From the human T2T-CHM13v2.0 reference genome, Homo sapiens, in the NCBI RefSeq assembly GCF_009914755.1, contig NC_060944.1: a DNA stretch of 64,000 nucleotides; one strand, written 5' to 3'. Position numbers and translations under genes: made by a program. Within the stretch, counting starts at the first letter, position 1. Each line of letters begins with the position of its first letter. The notes below the pieces were generated by a model that saw only the letters and a list, made by a program, of their open reading frames with translations, made no database searches and was not told the DNA's origin. Below are positions 11,501 to 25,157 of this stretch, one piece after another.

Positions 11501-13939
11501 AGTTTTGCAACACTCTTTTTGTGGAATATGCAAGTGGATATTAGGGCAGCTTTGAGGATTTCGTTGGAAACGGGAATACATGTAAAAAGCAGACAGCAGC
11601 ATTCTCAGAAACTTCTTTGTGATGTTTGCATTGAAGTCACAGAGTTGAACATTCCCTTTGAGAGAGCAGGTTTGAAACACGCCTTTTGTCATATCTGGAA
11701 GTGTCCATTCGGAGCGCATTCAGGCTTGTGTTGAAAAAGGAAATATCCTCCCATAAAAACTAGACAGAAGCATTCTCAGAAACTTATCTGTGATGTATGT
11801 ACTCAACTAACAGAACTAAACCATCGTTTTGAAGGAGCAGTTTTGAAACACTCTTTTTGCGGAATCTGCAAGTGGATATTTGGCTAGCTGGGAGGATTTC
11901 GTTGGAAACGGGATTACATACAAAAAGCAGACAGCAGCATTCTCAGAAACTTCTTTGTGATGTTTGCATTCAAGTCACAGAGTTGAACATTCCCTTTCAT
12001 AGAGCAGGTTTGAAACACTCTTTTTGTAGTATCTGGATGTGGACATTTGGATCGCTTTCAGGCCTATGGTGAAAAAGGAAATATCTTCCCATGAAAACTA
12101 GACAGAAGCATTCTCAGAAACTTATTTGTGATGTGTGCCCTCAACTGACAGTGTTGAACCTTTGTTTTGATAGAGCAGTTCTGAAACACACTTTTTGTAA
12201 AATCTGCAAGAGGATATTTGGATAGCTTTGAGGATTTCGTTGGAAACGGGAATGTCTTCATGTAAACTCTGGACAGAAGCATTCTCAGAAACTGCTTTGG
12301 GATGTTTCAATTGAAGTCCCAGTGTTGAACATTCCCTTTCATAGAGCAGGTTTGAAACACTCTTTTTGTACTATCTGGAAGTGGACATTTGGAGCGCTTT
12401 CAGGTCTACGGTGAAAAAGGAGATATCTTCCAATAAAAACTAGATAGAAGCAATGTCAGAACTTTTTTCATGATGTATCTACTCAGCAAACAGAGTTGAA
12501 CCTTTCTTTTGAGAGAGCAGTTTTGAAACACTCTTTTTGTGGAATATGCAAGTGGGTATTAGGCCAGCTTGGAGGATTTCGTTGGAAACGGGAATACGTA
12601 TAAAAAGCAGACAGCAGCATTGTCAGAAACTACTTTGTGATGTTTGCATTCAAGTCACAGAATTGAACACTCCCTTTCACAGAGCAGGTTTGAAACACTC
12701 TTTTTGTAGTGTCTGTAAGTGAACATTTGGATTGCTTTCAGGCCTAAGGTGAAAAAGGAAATATCTTCCCATAAAAACTAGACAGAAGCATTCTCAGAAA
12801 CTTGTTTGTGATGTGTGCCCTCTACTGACAGAGTTGAACCTTTCTTTGCAAAGAGCAGTTTTGAAACACTCTTTTTGTAGAATCTGCAAGAGGATATTTG
12901 GATAGCTTTGAGGATTTCTTGGGAAACGGGAATGTCTTCAGATAAACTCTAGACAGAAGCATTCTCAGAAACTGCTTTGGGATGTTTCAATTGAAGTCAC
13001 AGTGTTGAACATTCCCTTTCACAGAGCAGGTTTGAAACACTCTTTTTGTAGTGTCTATAAGTGAACATTTGGCGTGCTTTCAGGCCTAACGTGAAAAAGG
13101 AAATATCTTCCCATAAAAACTAGACAGAAGCATTCTCAGAAACTTGTTCTTGATGTGTCCCCTCTACTGACAGAGTTGAACCTTTCTTTGCAAAGAGCAG
13201 CTTTGAAACACTCTTTTTGTAGAATCTGCAAGAGGATATTTGGATAGCTTGGAGGATTTCGTTGGAAACGGGTATGTCTTCAGATAAACTCTAGACAGAA
13301 GCATTCTCAGAAACTTCTTTGGGATGTTGCATTCAAGTCACAGAGTAGAACATTCCCATTCATAGAGCAGATTTGAAACACTCTTTTTGTAGTATCTGGA
13401 AGTGGACATTTGGAGCGCTTTCAGGCCTATGTTGAAAAAGGAAATATCTTCCCATAAAAACTAGACGGAAGCATTCTCAGAAACTTATTTGTGATGTGTT
13501 TGCTCAACTAACAGGATTGAACCATCGTTTTGAAGGAGCAGTTTTGAAACACTGTTTTCGTGGAATCTGCAAGTGGATATTTGGCTAGCTTTGAGGATTT
13601 CGTTGGAAACGGGATTACATATAAAAAGGAGACAGCAGCATTCTCAGAAACTTCTTTGTGATGTCTGCATTCAATTCACAGAGTTGAGCATTCCCTTTCA
13701 TAGAGCAGGTTGGAAACACTCTTTTTGTAGTATCTGGATGAGGACATTTGGAGCGCTTTCAGGCGTATGGTGAAAAAGGAAATATCTTCCCGTAAAAACT
13801 AGACAGAAGCATTCTCAGAAGTTTATTTGTGATGTGTGCCCTCAACTAACAGAGTTGAACCTTTCTTTTGATAGAGCAGTTTTGAAACACTCTCTTTGTA
13901 AAATCTGCAAGAGGATATTTGGATAGCTTTGAGGATTTC
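8502..13939 (+). repeat. Two canonical 16-mers (U4, U5)
   Basis: 2719-bp spacing 8746, 11465, 14184. Confidence 0.96.
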
Positions 13940-16900
13940 GTTGCAAACGGGAATGGCTTCATATAAACTCTAGACAGAAGCATTCTCAGAAACTTCGTTG
14001 GAATGTTTCGATTGAAGTCCCAGTGTTGAACATTCCCTTTTATAGAGCAGGTTGGAAACACTCTTTCTGCATTCCCTGGAAGTGGACATTTGGAGCGCTT
14101 TCAGGACGACGGTGAAAATGGAAATATCTTCCAAGAAAATCTAGATAGAAGCAACGTCAGAAACTTTTATGTGATGGATCTACTCAGCTAACAGAGTTGA
14201 ACCTTTCTTTTGAGAGAGCAGTTTTGCAACACTCTTTTTGTGGAATATGCAAGTGGATATTAGGGCAGCTTTGAGGATTTCGTTGGAAACGGGAATACAT
14301 GTAAAAAGCAGACAGCAGCATTCTCAGAAACTTCTTTGTGATGTTTGCATTGAAGTCACAGAGTTGAACATTCCCTTTGAGAGAGCAGGTTTGAAACACG
14401 CCTTTTGTCATATCTGGAAGTGTCCATTCGGAGCGCATTCAGGCTTGTGTTGAAAAAGGAAATATCCTCCCATAAAAACTAGACAGAAGCATTCTCAGAA
14501 ACTTATCTGTGATGTATGTACTCAACTAACAGAACTAAACCATCGTTTTGAAGGAGCAGTTTTGAAACACTCTTTTTGCGGAATCTGCAAGTGGATATTT
14601 GGCTAGCTGGGAGGATTTCGTTGGAAACGGGAGTACATACAAAAAGCAGAGAGCACTATTCTCAGAAACTTCTTTGTGATGTTTGCATTCAAGTCACAGA
14701 GTTGAACATTCCCTTTCATAGAGCAGGTTTGAAACACTCTTTTTGTAGTATCTGGATGTGGACATTTGGATCGCTTTCAGGCCTATGGTGAAAAAGGAAA
14801 TATCTTCCCATGAAAACTAGACAGAAGCATTCTCAGAAACTTATTTGTGATGTGTGCCCTCAACTGACAGTGTTGAACCTTTGTTTTGATAGAGCAGTTC
14901 TGAAACACACTTTTTGTAAAATCTGCAAGAGGATATTTGGATAGCTTTGAGGATTTCGTTGGAAACGGGAATGTCTTCATGTAAACTCTGGACAGAAGCA
15001 TTCTCAGAAACTGCTTTGGGATGTTTCAATTGAAGTCCCAGTGTTGAACATTCCCTTTCATAGAGCAGGTTTGAAACACTCTTTTTGTACTATCTGGAAG
15101 TGGACATTTGGAGCGCTTTCAGGTCTACGGTGAAAAAGGAGATATCTTCCAATAAAAACTAGATAGAAGCAATGTCAGAACTTTTTTCATGATGTATCTA
15201 CTCAGCAAACAGAGTTGAACCTTTCTTTTGAGAGAGCAGTTTTGAAACACTCTTTTTGTGGAATATGCAAGTGGGTATTAGGCCAGCTTGGAGGATTTCG
15301 TTGGAAACGGGAATACGTATAAAAAGCAGACAGCAGCATTGTCAGAAACTACTTTGTGATGTTTGCATTCAAGTCACAGAATTGAACACTCCCTTTCACA
15401 GAGCAGGTTTGAAACACTCTTTTTGTAGTGTCTGTAAGTGAACATTTGGATTGCTTTCAGGCCTAAGGTGAAAAAGGAAATATCTTCCCATAAAAACTAG
15501 ACAGAAGCATTCTCAGAAACTTGTTTGTGATGTGTGCCCTCTACTGACAGAGTTGAACCTTTCTTTGCAAAGAGCAGTTTTGAAACACTCTTTTTGTAGA
15601 ATCTGCAAGAGGATATTTGGATAGCTTTGAGGATTTCTTGGGAAACGGGAATGTCTTCAGATAAACTCTAGACAGAAGCATTCTCAGAAACTTCTTTGGG
15701 ATGTTTCAATTGAAGTCACAGTGTTGAACATTCCCTTTCACAGAGCAGGTTTGAAACACTCTTTTTGTAGTGTCTATAAGTGAACATTTGGCGTGCTTTC
15801 AGGCCTAACGTGAAAAAGGAAATATCTTCCCATAAAAACTAGACAGAAGCATTCTCAGAAACTTGTTCTTGATGTGTGCCCTCTACTGACAGAGTTGAAC
15901 CTTTCTTTGCAAAGAGCAGTTTTGAAACACTCTTTTTGTAGAATCTGCAAGAGGATATTTGGATAGCTTTGAGGATTTCTTGGGAAACGGGAATGTCTTC
16001 AGATAAACTCTAGACAGAAGCATTCTCAGAAACTTCTTTGGGATGTTTCAATTGAAGTCACAGTGTTGAACATTCCCTTTCACAGAGCAGGTTTGGAACA
16101 CTCTTTTTGTAGTGTCTATAAGTGAACATTTGGCGTGCTTTCAGGCCTAACGTGAAAAAGGAAATATCTTCCCATAAAAACTAGACAGAAGCATTCTCAG
16201 AAACTTGTTCTTGATGTGTCCCCTCTACTGACAGAGTTGAACCTTTCTTTGCAAAGAGCAGCTTTGAAACACTCTTTTTGTAAAATCTGCAAGAGGATAT
16301 TTGGATAGCTTGGAGGATTTCGTTGGAAATGGGTATGTCTTCAGATAAACTCTAGACAGAAGCATTCTCAGAAACTTCTTTGGGATGTTGCATTCAAGTC
16401 ACAGAGTAGAACATTTCCATTCATAGAGCAGATTTGAAACACTCTTTTTGTAGTATCTGGAAGTGGACATTTGGAGCGCTTTCAGGCCTATGTTGAAAAA
16501 GGAAATATCTTCCCATAAAAACTAGACGGAAGCATTCTCAGAAACTTATTTGTGATGTGTTTGCTCAACTAACAGGATTGAACCATCGTTTTGAAGGAGC
16601 AGTTTTGAAACACTGTTTTCGTGGAATCTGCAAGTGGATATTTGGCTAGCTTTGAGGATTTCGTTGGAAACGGGATTACGTATAAAAAGGAGACAGCAGC
16701 ATTCTCAGAAACTTCTTTGTGATGTCTGCATTCAATTCACAGAGTTGAGCATTCCCTTTCATAGAGCAGGTTGGAAACACTCTTTTTGTAGTATCTGGAT
16801 GAGGACATTTGGAGCGCTTTCAGGCGTATGGTGAAAAAGGAAATATCTTCCCGTAAAAACTAGACAGAAGCATTCTCAGAAGTTTATTTGTGATGTGTGC

Positions 16901-17000
16901 CCTCAACTAACAGAGTTGAACCTTTCTTTTGATAGAGCAGTTTTGAAACACTCTTTTTGTAAAATCTGCAAGAGGATATTTGGATAGCTTTGAGGATTTC
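13940..17000 (+). repeat. 18-mer HOR structural variant (U6, 3061 bp)
   Basis: Spacing 14184->17245; extra dimer at 15850-16191. Confidence 0.96.
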
Positions 17001-20000
17001 GTTGCAAACGGGAATGGCTTCATATAAACTCTAGACAGAAGCATTCTCAGAAACTTCGTTGGGATGTTTCGATTGAAGTCCCAGTGTTGAACATTCCCTT
17101 TTATAGAGCAGGTTGGAAACACTCTTTCTGCATTCCCTGGAAGTGGACATTTGGAGCGCTTTCAGGACGACGGTGAAAATGGAAATATCTTCCAAGAAAA
17201 TCTAGATAGAAGCAATGTCAGAAACTTTTATGTGATGGATCTACTCACCTAACAGAGTTGAACCTTTCTTTTGAGAGAGCAGTTTTGCAACACTCTTTTT
17301 GTGGAATATGCAAGTGGATATTAGGGCAGCTTTGAGGATTTCGTTGGAAACGGGAATACATGTAAAAAGCAGACAGCAGCATTCTCAGAAACTTCTTTGT
17401 GATGTTTGCATTGAAGTCACAGAGTTGAACATTCCCTTTGAGAGAGCAGGTTTGAAACACGCCTTTTGTCATATCTGGAAGTGTCCATTCGGAGCGCATT
17501 CAGGCTTGTGTTGAAAAAGGAAATATCCTCCCATAAAAACTAGACAGAAGCATTCTCAGAAACTTATCTGTGATGTATGTACTCAACTAACAGAACTAAA
17601 CCATCGTTTTGAAGGAGCAGTTTTGAAACACTCTTTTTGCGGAATCTGCAAGTGGATATTTGGCTAGCTGGGAGGATTTCGTTGGAAACGGGATTACATA
17701 CAAAAAGCAGACAGCAGCATTCTCAGAAACTTCTTTGTGATGTTTGCATTCAAGTCACAGAGTTGAACATTCCCTTTCATAGAGCAGGTTTGAAACACTC
17801 TTTTTGTAGTATCTGGATGTGGACATTTGGATCGCTTTCAGGCCTATGGTGAAAAAGGAAATATCTTCCCATGAAAACTAGACAGAAGCATTCTCAGAAA
17901 CTTATTTGTGATGTGTGCCCTCAACTGACAGTGTTGAACCTTTGTTTTGATAGAGCAGTTCTGAAACACACTTTTTGTAAAATCTGCAAGAGGATATTTG
18001 GATAGCTTTGAGGATTTCGTTGGAAACGGGAATGTCTTCATGTAAACTCTGGACAGAAGCATTCTCAGAAACTGCTTTGGGATGTTTCAATTGAAGTCCC
18101 AGTGTTGAACATTCCCTTTCATAGAGCAGGTTTGAAACACTCTTTTTGTACTATCTGGAAGTGGACATTTGGAGCGCTTTCAGGTCTACGGTGAAAAAGG
18201 AGATATCTTCCAATAAAAACTAGATAGAAGCAATGTCAGAACTTTTTTCATGATGTATCTACTGAGCAAACAGAGTTGAACCTTTCTTTTGAGAGAGCAG
18301 TTTTGAAACACTCTTTTTGTGGAATATGCAAGTGGGTATTAGGCCAGCTTAGAGGATTTCGTTGGAAACGGGAATACGTATAAAAAGCAGACAGCAGCAT
18401 TGTCAGAAACTACTTTGTGATGTTTGCATTCAAGTCACAGAATTGAACACTCCCTTTCACAGAGCAGGTTTGAAACACTCTTTTTGTAGTGTCTGTAAGT
18501 GAACATTTGGATTGCTTTCAGGCCTAAGGTGAAAAAGGAAATATCTTCCCATAAAAACTAGACAGAAGCATTCTCAGAAACTTGTTTGTGATGTGTGCCC
18601 TCTACTGACAGAGTTGAACCTTTCTTTGCAAAGAGCAGTTTTGAAACACTCTTTTTGTAGAATCTGCAAGAGGATATTTGGATAGCTTTGAGGATTTCTT
18701 GGGAAACGGGAATGTCTTCAGATAAACTCTAGACAGAAGCATTCTCAGAAACTTCTTTGGGATGTTTCAATTGAAGTCACAGTGTTGAACATTCCCTTTC
18801 ACAGAGCAGGTTTGAAACACTCTTTTTGTAGTGTCTATAAGTGAACATTTGGCGTGCTTTCAGGCCTAACGTGAAAAAGGAAATATCTTCCCATAAAAAC
18901 TAGACAGAAGCATTCTCAGAAACTTGTTCTTGATGTGTCCCCTCTACTGACAGAGTTGAACCTTTCTTTGCAAAGAGCAGCTTTGAAACACTCTTTTTGT
19001 AGAATCTGCAAGAGGATATTTGGATAGCTTGGAGGATTTCGTTGGAAACGGGTATGTCTTCAGATAAACTCTAGACAGAAGCATTCTCAGAAACTTCTTT
19101 GGGATGTTGCATTCAAGTCACAGAGTAGAACATTCCCATTCATAGAGCAGATTTGAAACACTCTTTTTGTAGTATCTGGAAGTGGACATTTGGAGCGCTT
19201 TCAGGCCTATGTTGAAAAAGGAAATATGTTCCCATAAAAACTAGACGGAAGCATTCTCAGAAACTTATTTGTGATGTGTTTGCTCAACTAACAGGATTGA
19301 ACCATCGTTTTGAAGGAGCAGTTTTGAAACACTGTTTTCGTGGAATCTGCAAGTGGATATTTGGCTAGCTTTGAGGATTTCGTTGGAAACGGGATTACAT
19401 ATAAAAAGGAGACAGCAGCATTCTCAGAAACTTCTTTGTGATGTCTGCATTCAATTCACAGAGTTGAGCATTCCCTTTCATAGAGCAGGTTGGAAACACT
19501 CTTTTTGTAGTATCTGGATGAGGACATTTGGAGCGCTTTCAGGCGTATGGTGAAACAGGAAATATCTTCCCGTAAAAACTAGACAGAAGCATTCTCAGAA
19601 GTTTATTTGTGATGTGTGCCCTCAACTAACAGAGTTGAACCTTTCTTTTGATAGAGCAGTTTTGAAACACTCTTTTTGTAAAATCTGCAAGAGGATATTT
19701 GGATAGCTTTGAGGATTTCGTTGCAAACGGGAATGGCTTCATATAAACTCTAGACAGAAGCATTCTCAGAAACTTCGTTGGGATGTTTCGATTGAAGTCC
19801 CAGTGTTGAACATTCCCTTTTATAGAGCAGGTTGGAAACACTCTTTCTGCATTCCCTGGAAGTGGACATTTGGAGCGCTTTCAGGACGACGGTGAAAATG
19901 GAAATATCTTCCAAGAAAATCTAGATAGAAGCAACGTCAGAAACTTTTATGTGATGGATCTACTCAGCTAACAGAGTTGAACCTTTCTTTTGAGAGAGCA

Positions 20001-23000
20001 GTTTTGCAACACTCTTTTTGTGGAATATGCAAGTGGATATTAGGGCAGCTTTGAGGATTTCGTTGGAAACGGGAATACATGTAAAAAGCAGACAGCAGCA
20101 TTCTCAGAAACTTCTTTGTGATGTTTGCATTGAAGTCACAGAGTTGAACATTCCCTTTGAGAGAGCAGGTTTGAAACACGCCTTTTGTCATATCTGGAAG
20201 TGTCCATTCGGAGCGCATTCAGGCTTGTGTTGAAAAAGGAAATATCCTCCCATAAAAACTAGACAGAAGCATTCTCAGAAACTTATCTGTGATGTATGTA
20301 CTCAACTAACAGAACTAAACCATCGTTTTGAAGGAGCAGTTTTGAAACACTCTTTTTGCGGAATCTGCAAGTGGATATTTGGCTAGCTGGGAGGATTTCG
20401 TTGGAAACGGGAGTACATACAAAAAGCAGAGAGCAGCATTCTCAGAAACTTCTTTGTGATGTTTGCATTCAAGTCACAGAGTTGAACATTCCCTTTCATA
20501 GAGCAGGTTTGAAACACTCTTTTTGTAGTATCTGGATGTGGACATTTGGATCGCTTTCAGGCCTATGGTGAAAAAGGAAATATCTTCCCATGAAAACTAG
20601 ACAGAAGCATTCTCAGAAACTTATTTGTGATGTGTGCCCTCAACTGACAGTGTTGAACCTTTGTTTTGATAGAGCAGTTCTGAAACACACTTTTTGTAAA
20701 ATCTGCAAGAGGATATTTGGATAGCTTTGAGGATTTCGTTGGAAACGGGAATGTCTTCATGTAAACTCTAGACAGAAGCATTCTCAGAAACTGCTTTGGG
20801 ATGTTTCAATTGAAGTCCCAGTGTTGAACATTCCCTTTCATAGAGCAGGTTTGAAACACTCTTTTTGTACTATCTGGAAGTGGACATTTGGAGCGCTTTC
20901 AGGTCTACGGTGAAAAAGGAGATATCTTCCAATAAAAACTAGATAGAAGCAATGTCAGAACTTTTTTCATGATGTATCTACTCAGCAAACAGAGTTGAAC
21001 CTTTCTTTTGAGAGAGCAGTTTTGAAACACTCTTTTTGTGGAATATGCAAGTGGGTATTAGGCCAGCTTGGAGGATTTCGTTGGAAACGGGAATACGTAT
21101 AAAAAGCAGACAGCAGCATTGTCAGAAACTACTTTGTGATGTTTGCATTCAAGTCACAGAATTGAACACTCCCTTTCACAGAGCAGGTTTGAAACACTCT
21201 TTTTGTAGTGTCTGTAAGTGAACATTTGGATTGCTTTCAGGCCTAAGGTGAAAAAGGAAATATCTTCCCATAAAAACTAGACAGAAGCATTCTCAGAAAC
21301 TTGTTTGTGATGTGTGCCCTCTACTGACAGAGTTGAACCTTTCTTTGCAAAGAGCAGTTTTGAAACACTCTTTTTGTAGAATCTGCAAGAGGATATTTGG
21401 ATAGCTTTGAGGATTTCTTGGGAAACGGGAATGTCTTCAGATAAACTCTAGACAGAAGCATTCTCAGAAACTGCTTTGGGATGTTTCAATTGAAGTCACA
21501 GTGTTGAACATTCCCTTTCACAGAGCAGGTTTGAAACACTCTTTTTGTAGTGTCTATAAGTGAACATTTGGCGTGCTTTCAGGCCTAACGTGAAAAAGGA
21601 AATATCTTCCCATAAAAACTAGACAGAAGCATTCTCAGAAACTTGTTCTTGATGTGTCCCCTCTACTGACAGAGTTGAACCTTTCTTTGCAAAGAGCAGC
21701 TTTGAAACACTCTTTTTGTAGAATCTGCAAGAGGATATTTGGATAGCTTGGAGGATTTCGTTGGAAACGTGTATGTCTTCAGATAAACTCTAGACAGAAG
21801 CATTCTCAGAAACTTCTTTGGGATGTTGCATTCAAGTCACAGAGTAGAACATTCCCATTCATAGAGCAGATTTGAAACACTCTTTTTGTAGTATCTGGAA
21901 GTGGACATTTGGAGCGCTTTCAGGCCTATGTTGAAAAAGGAAATATCTTCCCATAAAAACTAGACGGAAGCATTCTCAGAAACTTATTTGTGATGTGTTT
22001 GCTCAACTAACAGGATTGAACCATCGTTTTGAAGGAGCAGTTTTGAAACACTGTTTTCGTGGAATCTGCAAGTGGATATTTGGCTAGCTTTGAGGATTTC
22101 GTTGGAAACGGGATTACATATAAAAAGGAGACAGCAGCATTCTCAGAAACTTCTTTGTGATGTCTGCATTCAATTCACAGAGTTGAGCATTCCCTTTCAT
22201 AGAGCAGGTTGGAAACACTCTTTTTGTAGTATCTGGATGAGGACATTTGGAGCGCTTTCAGGCGTATGGTGAAAAAGGAAATATCTTCCCGTAAAAACTA
22301 GACAGAAGCATTCTCAGAAGTTTATTTGTGATGTGTGCCCTCAACTAACAGAGTTGAACCTTTCTTTTGATAGAGCAGTTTTGAAACACTCTTTTTGTAA
22401 AATCTGCAAGAGGATATTTGGATAGCTTTGAGGATTTCGTTGCAAACGGGAATGGCTTCATATAAACTCTAGACAGAAGCATTCTCAGAAACTTCGTTGG
22501 GATGTTTCGATTGAAGTCCCAGTGTTGAACATTCCCTTTTATAGAGCAGGTTGGAAACACTCTTTCTGCATTCCCTGGAAGTGGACATTTGGAGCGCTTT
22601 CAGGACGACGGTGAAAATGGAAATATCTTCCAAGAAAATCTAGATAGAAGCAACGTCAGAAACTTTTATGTGATGGATCTACTCAGCTAACAGAGTTGAA
22701 CCTTTCTTTTGAGAGAGCAGTTTTGCAACACTCTTTTTGTGGAATATGCAAGTGGATATTAGGGCAGCTTTGAGGATTTCGTTGGAAACGGGAATACATG
22801 TAAAAAGCAGACAGCAGCATTCTCAGAAACTTCTTTGTGATGTTTGCATTGAAGTCACAGAGTTGAACATTCCCTTTGAGAGAGCAGGTTTGAAACACGC
22901 CTTTTGTCATATCTGGAAGTGTCCATTCGGAGCGCATTCAGGCTTGTGTTGAAAAAGGAAATATCCTCCCATAAAAACTAGACAGAAGCATTCTCAGAAA

Positions 23001-25157
23001 CTTATCTGTGATGTATGTACTCAACTAACAGAACTAAACCATCGTTTTGAAGGAGCAGTTTTGAAACACTCTTTTTGCGGAATCTGCAAGTGGATATTTG
23101 GCTAGCTGGGAGGATTTCGTTGGAAACGGGAGTACATACAAAAAGCAGAGAGCAGCATTCTCAGAAACATCTTTGTGATGTTTGCATTCAAGTCACAGAG
23201 TTGAACATTCCCTTTCATAGAGCAGGTTTGAAACACTCTTTTTGTAGTATCTGGATGTGGACATTTGGATCGCTTTCAGGCCTATGGTGAAAAAGGAAAT
23301 ATCTTCCCATGAAAACTAGACAGAAGCATTCTCAGAAACTTATTTGTGATGTGTGCCCTCAACTGACAGTGTTGAACCTTTGTTTTGATAGAGCAGTTCT
23401 GAAACACACTTTTTGTAAAATCTGCAAGAGGATATTTGGATAGCTTTGAGGATTTCGTTGGAAAAGGGAATGTCTTCATGTAAACTCTGGACAGAAGCAT
23501 TCTCAGAAACTGCTTTGGGATGTTTCAATTGAAGTCCCAGTGTTGAACATTCCCTTTCATAGAGCAGGTTTGAAACACTCTTTTTGTACTATCTGGAAGT
23601 GGACATTTGGAGCGCTTTCAGGTCTACGGTGAAAAAGGAGATATCTTCCAATAAAAACTAGATAGAAGCAATGTCAGAACTTTTTTCATGATGTATCTAC
23701 TCAGCAAACAGAGTTGAACCTTTCTTTTGAGAGAGCAGTTTTGAAACACTCTTTTTGTGGAATATGCAAGTGGGTATTAGGCCAGCTTGGAGGATTTCGT
23801 TGGAAACGGGAATACGTATAAAAAGCAGACAGCAGCATTGTCAGAAACTACTTTGTGATGTTTGCATTCAAGTCACAGAATTGAACACTCCCTTTCACAG
23901 AGCAGGTTTGAAACACTCTTTTTGTAGTGTCTGTAAGTGAACATTTGGATTGCTTTCAGGCCTAAGGTGAAAAAGGAAATATCTTCCCATAAAAACTAGA
24001 CAGAAGCATTCTCAGAAACTTGTTTGTGATGTGTGCCCTCTACTGACAGAGTTGAACCTTTCTTTGCAAAGAGCAGTTTTGAAACACTCTTTTTGTAGAA
24101 TCTGCAAGAGGATATTTGGATAGCTTTGAGGATTTCTTGGGAAACGGGAATGTCTTCAGATAAACTCTAGACAGAAGCATTCTCAGAAACTGCTTTGGGA
24201 TGTTTCAATTGAAGTCACAGTGTTGAACATTCCCTTTCACAGAGCAGGTTTGAAACACTCTTTTTGTAGTGTCTATAAGTGAACATTTGGCGTGCTTTCA
24301 GGCCTAACGTGAAAAAGGAAATATCTTCCCATAAAAACTAGACAGAAGCATTCTCAGAAACTTGTTCTTGATGTGTCCCCTCTACTGACAGAGTTGAACC
24401 TTTCTTTGCAAAGAGCAGCTTTGAAACACTCTTTTTGTAGAATCTGCAAGAGGATATTTGGATAGCTTGGAGGATTTCGTTGGAAACGGGTATGTCTTCA
24501 GATAAACTCTAGACAGAAGCATTCTCAGAAACTTCTTTGGGATGTTGCATTCAAGTCACAGAGTAGAACATTCCCATTCATAGAGCAGATTTGAAACACT
24601 CTTTTTGTAGTATCTGGAAGTGGACATTTGGAGCGCTTTCAGGCCTATGTTGAAAAAGGAAATATCTTCCCATAAAAACTAGACGGAAGCATTCTCAGAA
24701 ACTTATTTGTGATGTGTTTGCTCAACTAACAGGATTGAACCATCGTTTTGAAGGAGCAGTTTTGAAACACTGTTTTCGTGGAATCTGCAAGTGGATATTT
24801 GGCTAGCTTTGAGGATTTCGTTGGAAACGGGATTACATATAAAAAGGAGACAGCAGCATTCTCAGAAACTTCTTTGTGATGTCTGCATTCAATTCACAGA
24901 GTTGAGCATTCCCTTTCATAGAGCAGGTTGGAAACACTCTTTTTGTAGTATCTGGATGAGGACATTTGGAGCGCTTTCAGGCGTATGGTGAAAAAGGAAA
25001 TATCTTCCCGTAAAAACTAGACAGAAGCATTCTCAGAAGTTTATTTGTGATGTGTGCCCTCAACTAACAGAGTTGAACCTTTCTTTTGATAGAGCAGTTT
25101 TGAAACACTCTTTTTGTAAAATCTGCAAGAGGATATTTGGATAGCTTTGAGGATTTC
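17001..25157 (+). repeat. Three canonical 16-mers (U7-U9)
   Basis: 2719-bp spacing 17245, 19964, 22683, 25402. Confidence 0.96.
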
